Positions 1 through 10,044 of a stretch of DNA of 21,140 nucleotides are shown here, piece after piece. The position numbers were made by a program, and so were the translations under genes. The notes under the pieces are model-generated. The model had not been told where the DNA came from. It saw nothing but the letters and a program-made list of their open reading frames with translations, and did not search any database. The stretch comes from Candidatus Brocadiia bacterium (GTDB lineage: Bacteria > Planctomycetota > Brocadiia > CAIUPP01): the NCBI GenBank assembly GCA_050015075.1, contig JBEKCB010000049.1:1-21140 (forward strand). The letters run 5' to 3'. Within the stretch, counting starts at the first letter, position 1. Every line of letters begins with the position of its first letter.

Positions 1-32
1 GGCGCGAACTTCTGCGCGGGCGACTTTTTCAC
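1..32 (-). CDS. Possible 5' end of a gene running off the window (VKKSPAQKFA...)
   Basis: GAGGT SD-like motif followed by GTG at 32, open to the window edge. Only 10 codons are visible. Confidence 0.35.
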   Translation of the reverse strand, partial: MKKSPAQKFA

Positions 33-122
33 AGGTCCACCTCTGAAACACAACTGCGTGAAACTCTCAATGCCCTTGTCGAATCGGCCGCCTACGCGGC
101 ATGAATAGTGCGAAACTATAGA

Positions 123-1256
123 CTAGTCGCGGCCGCCTCGAACGTTTGCTTCGAGCGCCGCATAGGTCTGCTGCGCCGCCTTCTCCCAGGTGAAGCCGCC
201 TGCCCGGCTCCGTCCGGCGCGGGAGAGTTCCTCCCTGCGGCCGGCGTCCTCGAGAAGGGCGATGAGAGCATCGGCGATGGCCTGCGGGGAATTCGGGTCG
301 AAGAACACGGCGGCATCGGCCGCGACTTCACGGAAAACGGGGATATCCGAACACGCTACGGGCGCGCCGCCGGCCATCGCCTCGATCAGCGGCAGGCCGA
401 AGCCCTCGTAGAACGATGGCAGCGCGAAGACCTCCGCGGATTGGTAGAGCGCCAGGAGCGCCTCGAACGGGATTCCCTGAAGGCGGACGACGCGTTCGGG
501 GCGCTTCAGCCGGGCGCGCTCCGCGAGCAGTTCTCCCTCGCCGCGCCGGGCCGGGCCCGCAATCACCAGGGCGCATTCGCTGCGATCCTCCATCAGCCCG
601 AACGCCCTGACGAGCGCGCTGAGATTCTTGTGCGGATACGAATTGGAGACCGTGAGAATGAATCGTCCGGGCGGAATGAGCGGAGCAAGCGCGCTCCGTC
701 GCCGCTCCGGCGGAATCGGCTCGAAGAAAATCCGATTGACTCCCAGGTGAACGGCCGTGATTTTTTCGGGCGCGACGCGGCAGAACCGCCGGATGTCGTC
801 CGCCGCCGCGCGCGATAGAGTCAGCACCTGCGCCGCCCGGCGGCAGCTCATCCGCACCAGCAGGCGCGTCGCCAGGAGGTAGTGCAGCGGCAGGTTCTGC
901 GGAAAGAGCCAGGGCTGCATGTCGTGGACCATGACGACGCTCGGACAGGGCGCGCGGCGCGGCGCGATGCAGCCGGGCGAGAACAGCACGTCCACGCGTT
1001 CGCGCGCGACCCGGCGGGGCAGAAGGAGTTGTTCGTAAAGGATTCGGGCCGGGCGGAACGCCGCGCGGACCGGGCAAAGAACCGCGCGCACGTTTCCGGG
1101 CAAGCCGGTGAAGGTGGAGAAGTTCTCGCGGTTGCAGAAGACAATGAACTCGTCGTCATGGTGCCGGGCCAATTCCGCGAGGAGTTCGCGCGTGAGGGTC
1201 TCGCTGCCGCCGACGACTCCCGGCAGAAGGAAGAGCGCGTTGATGCCGATTCTCAT
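123..1256 (-). CDS. Glycosyltransferase family 4 (GT-B, mannosyltransferase-like)
   Basis: N-terminal MRIGINAL..GGSET; HKNL; C-terminal 'FALPSFYEGFGLPLIEAMAGGAPVACSD' EX7E motif. ATG 1256 has AGGA upstream (the ORF track starts at 1265). Confidence 0.93.
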   Translation of the reverse strand: MRIGINALFLLPGVVGGSETLTRELLAELARHHDDEFIVFCNRENFSTFTGLPGNVRAVLCPVRAAFRPARILYEQLLLPRRVARERVDVLFSPGCIAPRRAPCPSVVMVHDMQPWLFPQNLPLHYLLATRLLVRMSCRRAAQVLTLSRAAADDIRRFCRVAPEKITAVHLGVNRIFFEPIPPERRRSALAPLIPPGRFILTVSNSYPHKNLSALVRAFGLMEDRSECALVIAGPARRGEGELLAERARLKRPERVVRLQGIPFEALLALYQSAEVFALPSFYEGFGLPLIEAMAGGAPVACSDIPVFREVAADAAVFFDPNSPQAIADALIALLEDAGRREELSRAGRSRAGGFTWEKAAQQTYAALEANVRGGRD

Positions 1257-1268
1257 GGGAACCATCCT

Positions 1269-2243
1269 TCAACGCAGGAACAAATCCTGCGCGATGCTGC
1301 GCCAGCCCATCGCGAAACGCGAATACCGGCCGGAGAACGCCTCGCGGGCGATATTCGGAATCCGCCCGATCAGCCGCGGCGACATCCGCTCCCGCCGGCT
1401 CAGGTGCCGCAGTTTCTGGCTCATCTGGTCCATCACGCCCGGCCGCACCGGCGCCGACTCCAGCCGCTCCACCGCCGCCTGGATCATCGCCGCCTCATGG
1501 CCGGCCCTGTTGGACTCGATCAGTTCCCTGCCCAGGCGAACCTGGTCGCGCAGCGACCGCCGCCGAATGCCCACCACGTTCCGGCCGTGCAACCGATAGC
1601 GGTTGAGCAGTTCCGGGACCAGGACCACCTCCGACACGGCCGATGTCAGGAGCGCTATCCAGTAATCATGGCCGCAATAAGGGATCGCCGGAATCGGCAG
1701 CGCCAGCCGCCGCAGTTCCGCACGGAATGCCAGCGTCGCGCCGTGCGCCACGCTGTGCCGCAGGAGCACCTCGTGCGCGCGGCCGGCGGACACTTTCGCG
1801 CGCTCGGCGGCATCGAACCGAGCCGCCTGCCAGAGCGTATAGCCGAGCGGCTGCATCGCCTCGCCGCAGACCTCGCCGTCGCAGAAGGCCATTCCCGCCT
1901 GAGGCGACGCCTCCAGCGCGCGCGCCAGCTTCTCCACCTTCCCCGGCAGCCAGACGTCGTCCTGGTCGGACAGGAAGATCAGGCCGCCCGTGCAGAGGCC
2001 GACGGCCTTGGCGAAGTTCTGCGTCGCGCCCAGCGTTCGCTCGTTCACCTCCACGCGCACGCGAAAGGGCGCGTGCTCGGCGAAGCGCCGCAGCAAACCC
2101 AAGGATCCGTCGGTGGAAAGGTCATCGCACACGACGATCTCGTCCGGCCGCCGCGACTGGGAGAGAAAACTTTCCAACTGCGGCTGGAGCCATGCCTCGC
2201 CGTTGTAGGTGCAGAGGGCTATGCTGATTTTCGGCTCAGACAC
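1269..2243 (-). CDS. Glycosyltransferase family 2 (rhamnosyltransferase-like)
   Basis: 'ISIALCTYNGE', 'VCDDLSTDGS', 'FLSDQDDVW', 'HDYW', 'YRLHGRN'. GTG 2243 overlaps the upstream stop. Confidence 0.93.
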   Translation of the reverse strand: MSEPKISIALCTYNGEAWLQPQLESFLSQSRRPDEIVVCDDLSTDGSLGLLRRFAEHAPFRVRVEVNERTLGATQNFAKAVGLCTGGLIFLSDQDDVWLPGKVEKLARALEASPQAGMAFCDGEVCGEAMQPLGYTLWQAARFDAAERAKVSAGRAHEVLLRHSVAHGATLAFRAELRRLALPIPAIPYCGHDYWIALLTSAVSEVVLVPELLNRYRLHGRNVVGIRRRSLRDQVRLGRELIESNRAGHEAAMIQAAVERLESAPVRPGVMDQMSQKLRHLSRRERMSPRLIGRIPNIAREAFSGRYSRFAMGWRSIAQDLFLR

Positions 2244-3222
2244 GCGTGACGCCCTTCGTTGCCTCGACTTGGATTTCGTCACCGTACGTCGGATCGAACC
2301 GGAACCGGCAGGCTTGCCATACCTGGTGCAGGGGCACGGCCAGCATCGTCCGCAGCGGCGGAATCGTGCCCGGCACGCAGCGTCCCTGGCGGCGGATTTC
2401 CAGGCTGCCGAGCGGGCTGAAAAGGGTGTTTGCGCCGCGCAGGAACGTTACTTCCGGCGCGTCGAACCCCGCGCGCTCGAACACCGTTTTCAGCGCCGGC
2501 GCCGAAAAAACATACAAGTGCCGCGGCGGCTCCAAGTCCACCCAATCCTGCCCGAAGACGCGATGTCCATACCCATCCGCGTGCGGAGTCACCGCCAGCA
2601 ATCGTCCGCCGGGCCGCAACACTCGGCGGCACTCGCGCAGGAGCGCCACGGGATCATGTACGTGCTCGATCACGTGTGAGAGCGTCACCAGGTCGTATTG
2701 CCCATCCGCCAGGCCTGCCCGTTCGATGGCGGCCGCATGGATCGTGAGGCCATACTTCTCGCGCGCAATCTGCACGGAGCGCGGGTCCACCTCGACGCCC
2801 TCGACCGTCCATCCGCGCTCGCGCATCCGCGCCAATCGGTCCCCGGCACCGCAGCCGACATCCAGCAACCGCCCGCGCGGCCGCAGGCGATCCAGGTGGC
2901 GCTGGAATTGATCCACCCGCGTCAGCCGTGCCCAGGCCTTCCACACCCCGCGCAGCAGCCGCACCGACCAGCGGCCTTGCCCCGTCGAAATCTCGTCCAA
3001 GCTGTGGTAATAGACGGCGTAGGCTTTGACAATCTCCTCCTCCAGCGGCACCGGATCAAGCCAGATCAGCCCGCAGGACTCCTCCGGACATTGCCGCAAG
3101 CGCCAGTCGCCGGCGACGTTGAAGAGCCGATCCTGAAGCCCGTCGTGCAGCACCATCCCTTCGCGCCCGCAGAGATAGCAGGCGGGCCGGGGCTTTGTCG
3201 CCAGGACGATGTCGCGGGTCAC
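2236..3222 (-). CDS. Class I SAM-dependent methyltransferase with N-terminal Cys cluster
   Basis: 'LLDVGCGAG' motif I; 'SHVIEHVHDP', 'LRPGG', 'PPRHLYVF'; N-terminal CYLC...CPEESC. GTGA overlap with the upstream stop at 3219-3222. Confidence 0.9.
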   Translation of the reverse strand: MTRDIVLATKPRPACYLCGREGMVLHDGLQDRLFNVAGDWRLRQCPEESCGLIWLDPVPLEEEIVKAYAVYYHSLDEISTGQGRWSVRLLRGVWKAWARLTRVDQFQRHLDRLRPRGRLLDVGCGAGDRLARMRERGWTVEGVEVDPRSVQIAREKYGLTIHAAAIERAGLADGQYDLVTLSHVIEHVHDPVALLRECRRVLRPGGRLLAVTPHADGYGHRVFGQDWVDLEPPRHLYVFSAPALKTVFERAGFDAPEVTFLRGANTLFSPLGSLEIRRQGRCVPGTIPPLRTMLAVPLHQVWQACRFRFDPTYGDEIQVEATKGVTRV

Positions 3223-4244
3223 CGTCGGCCCTCCGCCTTGGACCGCAGCGACAACGCCTTGGGCAGCCATGCGATCCCGCGCACGCCCGCCGCCAGGCGG
3301 CAGGCGCTCCAGAGCGTCGCGAGGCGCGCCTTGCGCTCCATCCGCCGGCCCTGCTGAGCGGCTCCAAGCGTCTGCGTCAACTGGCGCGCGCGCTGCTCGT
3401 AGGTATCACGCCGCAGCACCAGCGCCCGTCCGCGCTCCGCGATGGCCCGCCGCTCCGGCTCGTGCGCGAGGTAATAATCGAGCCTCTCGAAAAGCTCCGC
3501 CTCCGAAGCGTATGTCACCAGGTGCTCGCCGGCCGTGAAGAGGTTCTCCAGGCCGTTGCGCTGAATGGCGTCGGTCACCATCAGCGCGCCCGCGGCCATC
3601 CCTTCGAACACGCGCATGTTCAGGTCGTTGCGCACGGCCTGGTTGAACACGATCCGGCTCTTCCGGTAGGCGTCGGCCATCTCCTGCAGGTAGCAGTTGC
3701 CGGCGATGAATGTGGGAGGATATCGCTCCGCGATCCTCCGCAGCAGGCGGCATCGCTCGCGGTGGATGCGCGGATCGAGCGACCCGACGAATGCCACGCC
3801 GTACTCCGGCGGAAGGGCGTCGCCGGCGAACAGCCGCGCGTCCGCCGCCAGCGGCAGCCAATGGCATTGCGGGCAGTTCGGCCGCAGAGCCTCCACGTAT
3901 TCCTTCTGCGCGACGAACGTGACGTCGAACAGTCGCGCGAGGCGCCGGTGCATCCCCAGATGCATGTGCGTATCAATCGCGTACCATGCCGTCGGACAAG
4001 GCATCTCGCCGATGTCCGCGGGAAAGGCCCGCGCGCCGGACTCGAAAAAGATGGCCGCTTCCGCGTCCGGGGCCACGCGATTCATCACCTCAACGGCGGA
4101 GAAAATCCCCGTTCGCGCCGCGTCAACCTCCGGCCCGGGCGACGGAGAGACGACCGTCACTCGATGCCCGTCGCTCCGCAGTGCCCGGACGTAATAGGCG
4201 CCGGTGGTCCAGGGAACGTTGGAGATGAACGCCAGAATCCTCAC
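3219..4244 (-). CDS. CgeB/Glyco_trans_1_2-like glycosyltransferase
   Basis: 'WLPLAAD', 'VAFVGS', 'RIVFNQAVRNDLNMRVFEGMAAGALMVTD', 'TYEQR'. GTG 4244 follows GGAGG. Confidence 0.85.
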   Translation of the reverse strand: MRILAFISNVPWTTGAYYVRALRSDGHRVTVVSPSPGPEVDAARTGIFSAVEVMNRVAPDAEAAIFFESGARAFPADIGEMPCPTAWYAIDTHMHLGMHRRLARLFDVTFVAQKEYVEALRPNCPQCHWLPLAADARLFAGDALPPEYGVAFVGSLDPRIHRERCRLLRRIAERYPPTFIAGNCYLQEMADAYRKSRIVFNQAVRNDLNMRVFEGMAAGALMVTDAIQRNGLENLFTAGEHLVTYASEAELFERLDYYLAHEPERRAIAERGRALVLRRDTYEQRARQLTQTLGAAQQGRRMERKARLATLWSACRLAAGVRGIAWLPKALSLRSKAEGRR

Positions 4245-4264
4245 GCTGTCCTCCACCGGGAGCA

Positions 4265-5170
4265 TTACGGCGCAATGCCGGACGCCGTCGCCAGGCAGTC
4301 GCCGATCGTTCGGCGCGGCCATTCCCCCTGCAACGGAGCGGGAACGCCGTCCTCATCCAGACGCCAGAGCCGATAGTCCAGCCCGTTCCAGAAAGCGAAC
4401 AAATCCGAAACGCCCGCGCCGGTGCCTTCGAGCGTTGTCCAGTTCACCTCGAAGATCACCCGTTCAATGCGCTTCTCGCTCAGCATCGCGCGCATGCCCT
4501 GAAAGACGAGCCGCTCGGCGCCTTCCACGTCGATCTTGACCAGGTTCACGCGCGCCAGCCCGCGCGCTGCCGCCAGCTCCGCGAAACTGAGGCTCGGCAC
4601 ATCCACCAGGACGAAGCGATATCCGCGAGCCACGGCGGGATCGCCGATCGTCTGCCACCCGTTGCATTCCGGAAAACAGCGCAACTGGACGGTCCCCTTG
4701 TGGTCGGTGATGGCGACATTGACGACATGGTCCTGCGGACAATCGTTGAGGATGAGGTTCGCCTTGAGCCTCTCGATGACGGCCGGGTCCGCTTCGACGG
4801 AGAGCACGCTGCCTCCCGGAGACGCCTGCTTCCACAGCGGGACGGAGATTCCGCCGATGTTCGCCCCGATGTCCACGCAGGACCAGCCGGGTCGAACGGT
4901 CCGCAGAATGTACTTGACCACCGGCACCGAATCCACGACCGTCCCGTGCCGCAGCGCGTATCGGATTCGATCTCCCGGATACTGCCAGTAGCGATGCCTG
5001 AGCCAATCGGTGTAGACGCGCGGCGCGGTCGCGCGCCGGAAGCGGCGCTCGGCCAGGACCGAGGGCAGGTCCGCGAGAAAGCGGACCGGATGCCGCGCCA
5101 GGTCCAGGCCCGAGCGAAAACACCGCGCCAGTCTGCCGGGAATGATCATCCCCAAGCCATCCCGCTGCAC
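4265..5170 (-). CDS. FkbM family methyltransferase
   Basis: 'VDIGANIG', 'SVEADP', 'LVKIDVEGAE'. The start could instead be ATG 5149. Confidence 0.9.
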   Translation of the reverse strand: MQRDGLGMIIPGRLARCFRSGLDLARHPVRFLADLPSVLAERRFRRATAPRVYTDWLRHRYWQYPGDRIRYALRHGTVVDSVPVVKYILRTVRPGWSCVDIGANIGGISVPLWKQASPGGSVLSVEADPAVIERLKANLILNDCPQDHVVNVAITDHKGTVQLRCFPECNGWQTIGDPAVARGYRFVLVDVPSLSFAELAAARGLARVNLVKIDVEGAERLVFQGMRAMLSEKRIERVIFEVNWTTLEGTGAGVSDLFAFWNGLDYRLWRLDEDGVPAPLQGEWPRRTIGDCLATASGIAP

Positions 5171-5173
5171 GCG

Positions 5174-6739
5174 TCAGTTGCGATCGGCCTTCGCCGGCCA
5201 GGCTTTCCGAAGCAGGTAATCGAGAAGGTCTTTCTCTCCCACGAGCCATAGGACTATGGTATACGCCAGCAGCAAGCCGATGCCGGCAAGACCGAGATAT
5301 GCCAGCCTTCCCGACGTTCCCAATTCCGCGGAGCGCGGCAGGCACCGTTGACATAAGCCGAAACAGATCGCAACGACGATCACGGCTATTGTAATCCGGG
5401 CTAGGCCCCGAGCCAAGCGCTGGAAATGCGCGCGCCCGCCGCCGGCAAAGAGCGCGCGCGTGAACACGATCGAGCCGATGATGTTGAAACCGACGTAAGG
5501 GATGAGCAGTATTTCGATGCGCGCGGAAAAGCGTCCCGCCAGGAGGATGCCGAGCGCGATGACGGCGTTCTGCGCGATGCCGATACAAAGAATGGCCGCC
5601 TGCTTCCGGCGGGCCAGCAATCCGCGCACGCTGAGCGACAAAAGCCCCCAGAAAGGAAGCCCGAAAGCCAGAACGCGCAGGCAGTCGGCGGTCAGGCCGA
5701 CGGACGCGGCGGTGAAGGCCCCGCGCTCGTAGACGAAGCGCACGATCGGCTCTGCCAGAAAAAAGAAAAGCAGGCTGAAGGCGAACATCGCCGCCACGGT
5801 CAGCCGCGCGACGAAGTCGAACTCGCCCCAGAGCCGGCCGACGTCCAGGTGGCCCGCCTCGAGCATGTCCGTCCAGGTCACCGTCGCCACCGAACTGGCC
5901 AGGAGCATCAGCGGGACCACCCAAAGCGCGTAGGCGAAATTGTAGGCGGAAAGCCCGCCCGGCACAGCCGCCGAGATGAACTTCTGCAACAGGAAAAGCA
6001 TGAACATCGCCGAGAGCTGCACCAGCAGCAAGGGGACGAACTGGCCGCCGGCGCCGCGCGCGCTGAGCCGTAGGCTGTAGCGGAAACCCGCGCACCGCAA
6101 CGACCAGATCATCCCGGCCAGCTTCACGCCGAATTGAACGTAGAACGCCAGCACGATCGCCATCACCGCCAGCCGCTGGTGGAACAGGACGACCACCGCA
6201 ACCGCCGCCAGAATGCCGATCAGCGTGTAGAATCGCGGGACCAGGTACTTCCTCTGGACCGACAAGTACCCCTCGATCAGGATGCCCGGCGCCTGAAGGA
6301 GGCACAGAGGCAGCAGGTACAGCGTCAGATGGAAGACCTCGGAGCGGGGCGCTCCGCCGACCGAGCCGGGCGCGAGGAAGGTCGCCAGCGGACGCGCGGC
6401 CAGGGCCGCCACCGCGAGGATCAGCAGGGACGACAGGATCAGGCGGTTCAGAAGGGCGGAGAAGGTTCGCTGCGACTCCGCCGGGTCGGTCAGCTCCAGG
6501 ACTTTCACGCCGACCACCGCGGCTTCCTTGAACGGCTCGGCCAGCGCCACCAGCGTCGTCACCACCAGCATCGCCAGCCAGAACCCGTCCAATTCCGCCG
6601 AGGTGCCGAAGTAATTGCTGATGCAGATTCCCTGCAGGAGGTAACCCAGGTACACGGCGGCGGTCATCAGCGTCAGATGGATTGTGCTGCGAAACCGATT
6701 CCGCAACAAGGGAGCGTTTTCTTTCGACGGCACAGTCAC
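5174..6739 (-). CDS. MurJ/MviN-like (MOP superfamily) lipid-linked glycan flippase
   Basis: Many hydrophobic segments; 'YFGTSAELDGF' and 'EPIVRFVYERGAFT' are typical of the MurJ family. Confidence 0.8.
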   Translation of the reverse strand: MTVPSKENAPLLRNRFRSTIHLTLMTAAVYLGYLLQGICISNYFGTSAELDGFWLAMLVVTTLVALAEPFKEAAVVGVKVLELTDPAESQRTFSALLNRLILSSLLILAVAALAARPLATFLAPGSVGGAPRSEVFHLTLYLLPLCLLQAPGILIEGYLSVQRKYLVPRFYTLIGILAAVAVVVLFHQRLAVMAIVLAFYVQFGVKLAGMIWSLRCAGFRYSLRLSARGAGGQFVPLLLVQLSAMFMLFLLQKFISAAVPGGLSAYNFAYALWVVPLMLLASSVATVTWTDMLEAGHLDVGRLWGEFDFVARLTVAAMFAFSLLFFFLAEPIVRFVYERGAFTAASVGLTADCLRVLAFGLPFWGLLSLSVRGLLARRKQAAILCIGIAQNAVIALGILLAGRFSARIEILLIPYVGFNIIGSIVFTRALFAGGGRAHFQRLARGLARITIAVIVVAICFGLCQRCLPRSAELGTSGRLAYLGLAGIGLLLAYTIVLWLVGEKDLLDYLLRKAWPAKADRN

Positions 6740-6751
6740 AAGTTTGCGTCC

Positions 6752-7696
6752 TCAGGGGCGTTCGGCGGAAGGGGCGTGTTTGCGGAACCAGGCGTACGTC
6801 TGCTCGAGACCGTCGCGGAGAGAAATCTTCGGCCGCCATCCCATCGCGCGAATGCGCGTCACGTCCAGCATCCTCCGCGGCGTGCCGTCCGGCTTCGAGC
6901 GGTCATACACGATTTCGCCTTGAAACGCGACGACCTCCCGGAGCAACTCCGCGAGTTCGCCGATGCTCACGTCCTCGCCGACTCCGACGTTGATGATTTC
7001 TTCTCCCTCGTAGCGGAGCATCAGGAAGAGGCAGGCTTCGGCGAGGTCATCCACGTGGAGGAATTCGCGGCGCGGCGTGCCGGTCCCCCAGACGGTCACA
7101 ACCGGCGCGTTCGACGCGGCGGCCTCGTGGAACTTGCGCATCAGGGCCGGGACTACGTGAGCGCTTTCCAGGTCGAAGTTGTCGCCGGGCCCATAGAGGT
7201 TCGCGGGCATGAGCGAAATCGCGTTGAAACCGTGCTGTCGCCGGAAGGCCTGCGCCATCTTGATGCCGGAGATCTTCGCCACCGCGTACCATTCATTCGT
7301 CGGCTCCAGCGCCGCCGTGAGCAGGCTGTCTTCGCGGATCGGCTGCGGCGCGAATTTCGGATAAACGCAGGCCGAGCCGAGGAAAACCAGTTTCCGGACG
7401 CGGTGCCGAAGCGCCGCGTCCAGCGCCAGCGTCTGAATCAGGAGGTTGTCGCGGATAAAGTCGGCCGGCTGCGACGCATTGGCCCGAATGCCGCCCACTT
7501 TCGCGGCGCAGAGGAAAACGTATTCGGGCTGCTCGCGCTTGAAGAAACGCTCGACGGCCGCCTGCGACGTGAGGTCGAGCTGGGCGCGCGTGCGCGTCAG
7601 CAGGCGCGTATAGCCTTCCGCCTGGAGTTTGCGCAGCACGGCCGAGCCGACCAGGCCGCGATGTCCGGCGACGTAGATGCGGCTGTCTTTAGTCAT
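6752..7696 (-). CDS. fcl: GDP-L-fucose synthase
   Basis: '[13 protein letters not shown]', 'AAKVGGI', '[13 protein letters not shown]', 'NLYGPGDNF', '[17 protein letters not shown]', 'KPDGTPR'. Confidence 0.97.
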   Translation of the reverse strand: MTKDSRIYVAGHRGLVGSAVLRKLQAEGYTRLLTRTRAQLDLTSQAAVERFFKREQPEYVFLCAAKVGGIRANASQPADFIRDNLLIQTLALDAALRHRVRKLVFLGSACVYPKFAPQPIREDSLLTAALEPTNEWYAVAKISGIKMAQAFRRQHGFNAISLMPANLYGPGDNFDLESAHVVPALMRKFHEAAASNAPVVTVWGTGTPRREFLHVDDLAEACLFLMLRYEGEEIINVGVGEDVSIGELAELLREVVAFQGEIVYDRSKPDGTPRRMLDVTRIRAMGWRPKISLRDGLEQTYAWFRKHAPSAERP

Positions 7697-8733
7697 TTCT
7701 GCGCGCTGCCGCCGGCATCGTGCCCGGCCTCCTTGAGCAGCCGCTCGCGCTGGGCGAGCTGCAGATCGTGCTCCACCATCATCTTCGCGAGTTGCTGGAA
7801 CGTCACGTTCGGCTTCCAGCCGAGCGCCTTCCGCGCCTTCGTCGAGTCGCCCTCCAGAGCGTCCACCTCGGCGGGACGGAAATATCGCGGGTCAATCTCC
7901 ACGTGTCGCTCCCAGTCCAGGTCGAGCAGGCGCGCGGTCTCGTGCAGGAACTCGCGCACCGAATGCGACTCGCCCGTCGCGACGACGAAGTCGTCCGGCT
8001 TCTCCTGCTGGAGCATCAGCCACATCGCCTGGACGTAATCGCCGGCGAAGCCCCAGTCGCGGCGCGCGTCGAGGTTGCCCAGGAAGAACTTCTCCTGGAG
8101 GCCGACCTTGATGCGCCCGAGCGCGCGGGTGATCTTGCGCGTCACGAACGTCTCGCCGCGCCGCGGCGACTCGTGGTTGAACAGGATCCCGTTGGCGACG
8201 AACATGCCGTAGGACTCGCGGTAATTGACGCCGAACCAGTGCGCCGCGACCTTGCTGACGCCATACGGGCTGCGCGGGTGGAACGGCGTCCGCTCCGACT
8301 GCGGCGGCGGCGCGGCACCGAACATCTCCGACGAGCCGGCCTGGTAGAAGCGCACCTTCTGCCCCGAGTGCTGCATGTAGTCGCGCAGCGCATCCAGCAG
8401 CCGCAGCGTGCCCATCGCCACCACGTCGGCGGTGTACTCCGGCTGGTCGAACGACACGCGCACGTGCGATTGTGCGCCGATGTTATACACCTCGTCCGGC
8501 CGGACCTTTTCGAGGATGGAGCGGATCCCGGTGCCATCGGTCAGGTCGCCGAAGTGCAGCCGCAGCCGCGCCTGCGGATCGTGCGGGTCCGAATAGAGAT
8601 GGTCAATGCGCGATGTGTTGAAGGAAGAGCTCCGGCGGATCATCCCGTGGACGGCGTAGCCTTTCCCGAGCAGAAACTCGGCCAGGTACGAGCCGTCCTG
8701 CCCGGTGATGCCGGTGATCAGCGCGGATTTCAT
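7693..8733 (-). CDS. gmd: GDP-mannose 4,6-dehydratase
   Basis: '[16 protein letters not shown]', 'AQSHVRVSF', 'PRSPYGVSK', '[21 protein letters not shown]'. ATG 8733; ATGA overlap with fcl. Confidence 0.98.
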   Translation of the reverse strand: MKSALITGITGQDGSYLAEFLLGKGYAVHGMIRRSSSFNTSRIDHLYSDPHDPQARLRLHFGDLTDGTGIRSILEKVRPDEVYNIGAQSHVRVSFDQPEYTADVVAMGTLRLLDALRDYMQHSGQKVRFYQAGSSEMFGAAPPPQSERTPFHPRSPYGVSKVAAHWFGVNYRESYGMFVANGILFNHESPRRGETFVTRKITRALGRIKVGLQEKFFLGNLDARRDWGFAGDYVQAMWLMLQQEKPDDFVVATGESHSVREFLHETARLLDLDWERHVEIDPRYFRPAEVDALEGDSTKARKALGWKPNVTFQQLAKMMVEHDLQLAQRERLLKEAGHDAGGSAQK

Positions 8734-8768
8734 TCCGGTTCTCCCTGACGAAATGCGATTCCGCAGAA

Positions 8769-8797
8769 AGAATACCCGAACGCCGGGCAAACGTCAA
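8769..8797 (-). promoter_or_regulatory. Putative sigma70 promoter of the gmd operon
   Basis: TTGACG (8797-8792), 17 bp, TATTCT (8774-8769). Confidence 0.65.
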
Positions 8798-8822
8798 TTT
8801 TCGGACCGGCGGCGGGAAAGGC

Positions 8823-8851
8823 TTTACTGGCGCCGCGCGAGGAAGTATGCT
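8823..8851 (+). promoter_or_regulatory. Putative sigma70 promoter of GT2-DUF2304, divergent from gmd
   Basis: TTTACT (8823-8828), 17 bp, TATGCT (8846-8851). Confidence 0.5.
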
Positions 8852-8885
8852 GTGGGCGCAGCCGGCTATGGAAATGGAGCCCAGT

Positions 8886-9647
8886 GTGAGCGAAGCGACG
8901 GCCACGACGCGCGTGATCGTCATTATCCCCGCCATGAACGAGGCGTCCTCGGTGGGGCAGGTCGTCCGCGGAGCGCTGCGCGTGCTGCCGGACGCGGCGG
9001 TGCTCGTGGTGGACGACGGCTCCACGGATCGCACGGCGGCCGAAGGCGAGGCAGCCGGAGCGCTCGTCGTGCGGCTTCCCTACAATCTCGGCATCGGCGG
9101 GGCGGTCCAGACCGGGCTGCGCTACGCGCTGGCGGAAGGCTTCGACGTCGCGGTCCAGGTGGATGGCGACGGCCAGCACCTGCCCGAAGAGATTCCCAAG
9201 CTGCTCAGGACGATGCAGAGCGAAAACGCCGATCTCGTCGTGGGATCGCGTTTCATCGAGGAAAGCGGTTATCGCCCGTCCTTCGCGCGGGGCATCGGCA
9301 TCCGGCTGTTCGCCGTGCTGCTCGGCTGCATCTGCGGCCGGCGCCTGACCGACACCACCTCCGGGTTCCGCGCCGCGGGGCGGCTGGCGATCGCGCACCT
9401 TTCGGAGATGTACGCGTGCGATTATCCCGAAGTCGAATCGCTCGTGACGCTCCACCGTTCCGGCTTCAAAATCGTAGAAGTCCCGGTTCACATGGTCGCC
9501 CGGGCCGAAGGCGCGAGTTCCATCGGGGCGGTCCGTGGGTTTTACTACATGCTGAAGGTGGTCCTGGCCGTCCTGGTGGACGTGGTGGCGAAGCCGACCT
9601 TTACGCGCCGGGAAATCGAGAACACGCTGCGGGCCGCGCGCAAATGA
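8886..9647 (+). CDS. GT2 glycosyltransferase, polyprenol-phosphate-mannose synthase (DPM1/Ppm1)-like
   Basis: 'IIPAMNEA', 'VVDDGSTDRT', 'NLGIGGAVQTG', 'QVDGDGQH', 'VVGSRF', 'DTTSGFRA'. GTG 8886 follows GGAG; ATG 8847 lies inside the predicted -10 box. Confidence 0.88.
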   Translation: MSEATATTRVIVIIPAMNEASSVGQVVRGALRVLPDAAVLVVDDGSTDRTAAEGEAAGALVVRLPYNLGIGGAVQTGLRYALAEGFDVAVQVDGDGQHLPEEIPKLLRTMQSENADLVVGSRFIEESGYRPSFARGIGIRLFAVLLGCICGRRLTDTTSGFRAAGRLAIAHLSEMYACDYPEVESLVTLHRSGFKIVEVPVHMVARAEGASSIGAVRGFYYMLKVVLAVLVDVVAKPTFTRREIENTLRAARK

Positions 9648-9653
9648 AAGGGA

Positions 9654-10025
9654 ATGACGATGAACCTGCATATCGCCGCCGTGATCTGCGCGATCGGAGG
9701 ATTTTTTGCGCTCCTCACGTTTGAGCTGGTCCGCCGCAAACACCTGCGGCCGGAATACGCGCTCCTGTGGGCCGCGCTGGCCGTGCTGACGCTCATCGTC
9801 GCGCTGGTCCCGGGCGTGATTGCGCTGTTGATCCGGCTGACGGGCATGACTTACCAGTCCAGCGTCATCGTCCTCCTGTTCGTTTTCACCGCCGTCATGC
9901 TCATGAACTACTCCGTGATCGCGAGCCGCCACGGCGGGCGGATCGTCCGCCTGACGCAAGAGGTCGCGCTGCTGCGGCTGGAGATCGAGCGGCTGCGGAG
10001 CGGGAGCGAGACGCGGAAGAACTGA
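9654..10025 (+). CDS. DUF2304 family small membrane protein
   Basis: Three hydrophobic helices, 'VRRKHLRPEYALLW', 'RLTQEVALL'. This family typically follows DPM-like GT2 genes. Confidence 0.8.
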   Translation: MTMNLHIAAVICAIGGFFALLTFELVRRKHLRPEYALLWAALAVLTLIVALVPGVIALLIRLTGMTYQSSVIVLLFVFTAVMLMNYSVIASRHGGRIVRLTQEVALLRLEIERLRSGSETRKN

Positions 10026-10044
10026 ACTTCCGGGCGGTGCTCGG

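Noticed and set aside
4464-6839. 791-aa alternative-frame ORF on the minus strand
   Set aside because: Arg/Gly/Pro/Ala-rich shadow frame overlapping the well-supported flippase and FkbM genes; expected in high-GC DNA.
6134-8038. 634-aa plus-strand ORF and other long antisense ORFs (882-2249, 7720-8748, 8730-9959, 15806-17107, 19570-20844)
   Set aside because: Antisense to genes with clear family motifs; stop-poor because of GC3 bias; no motifs of their own.
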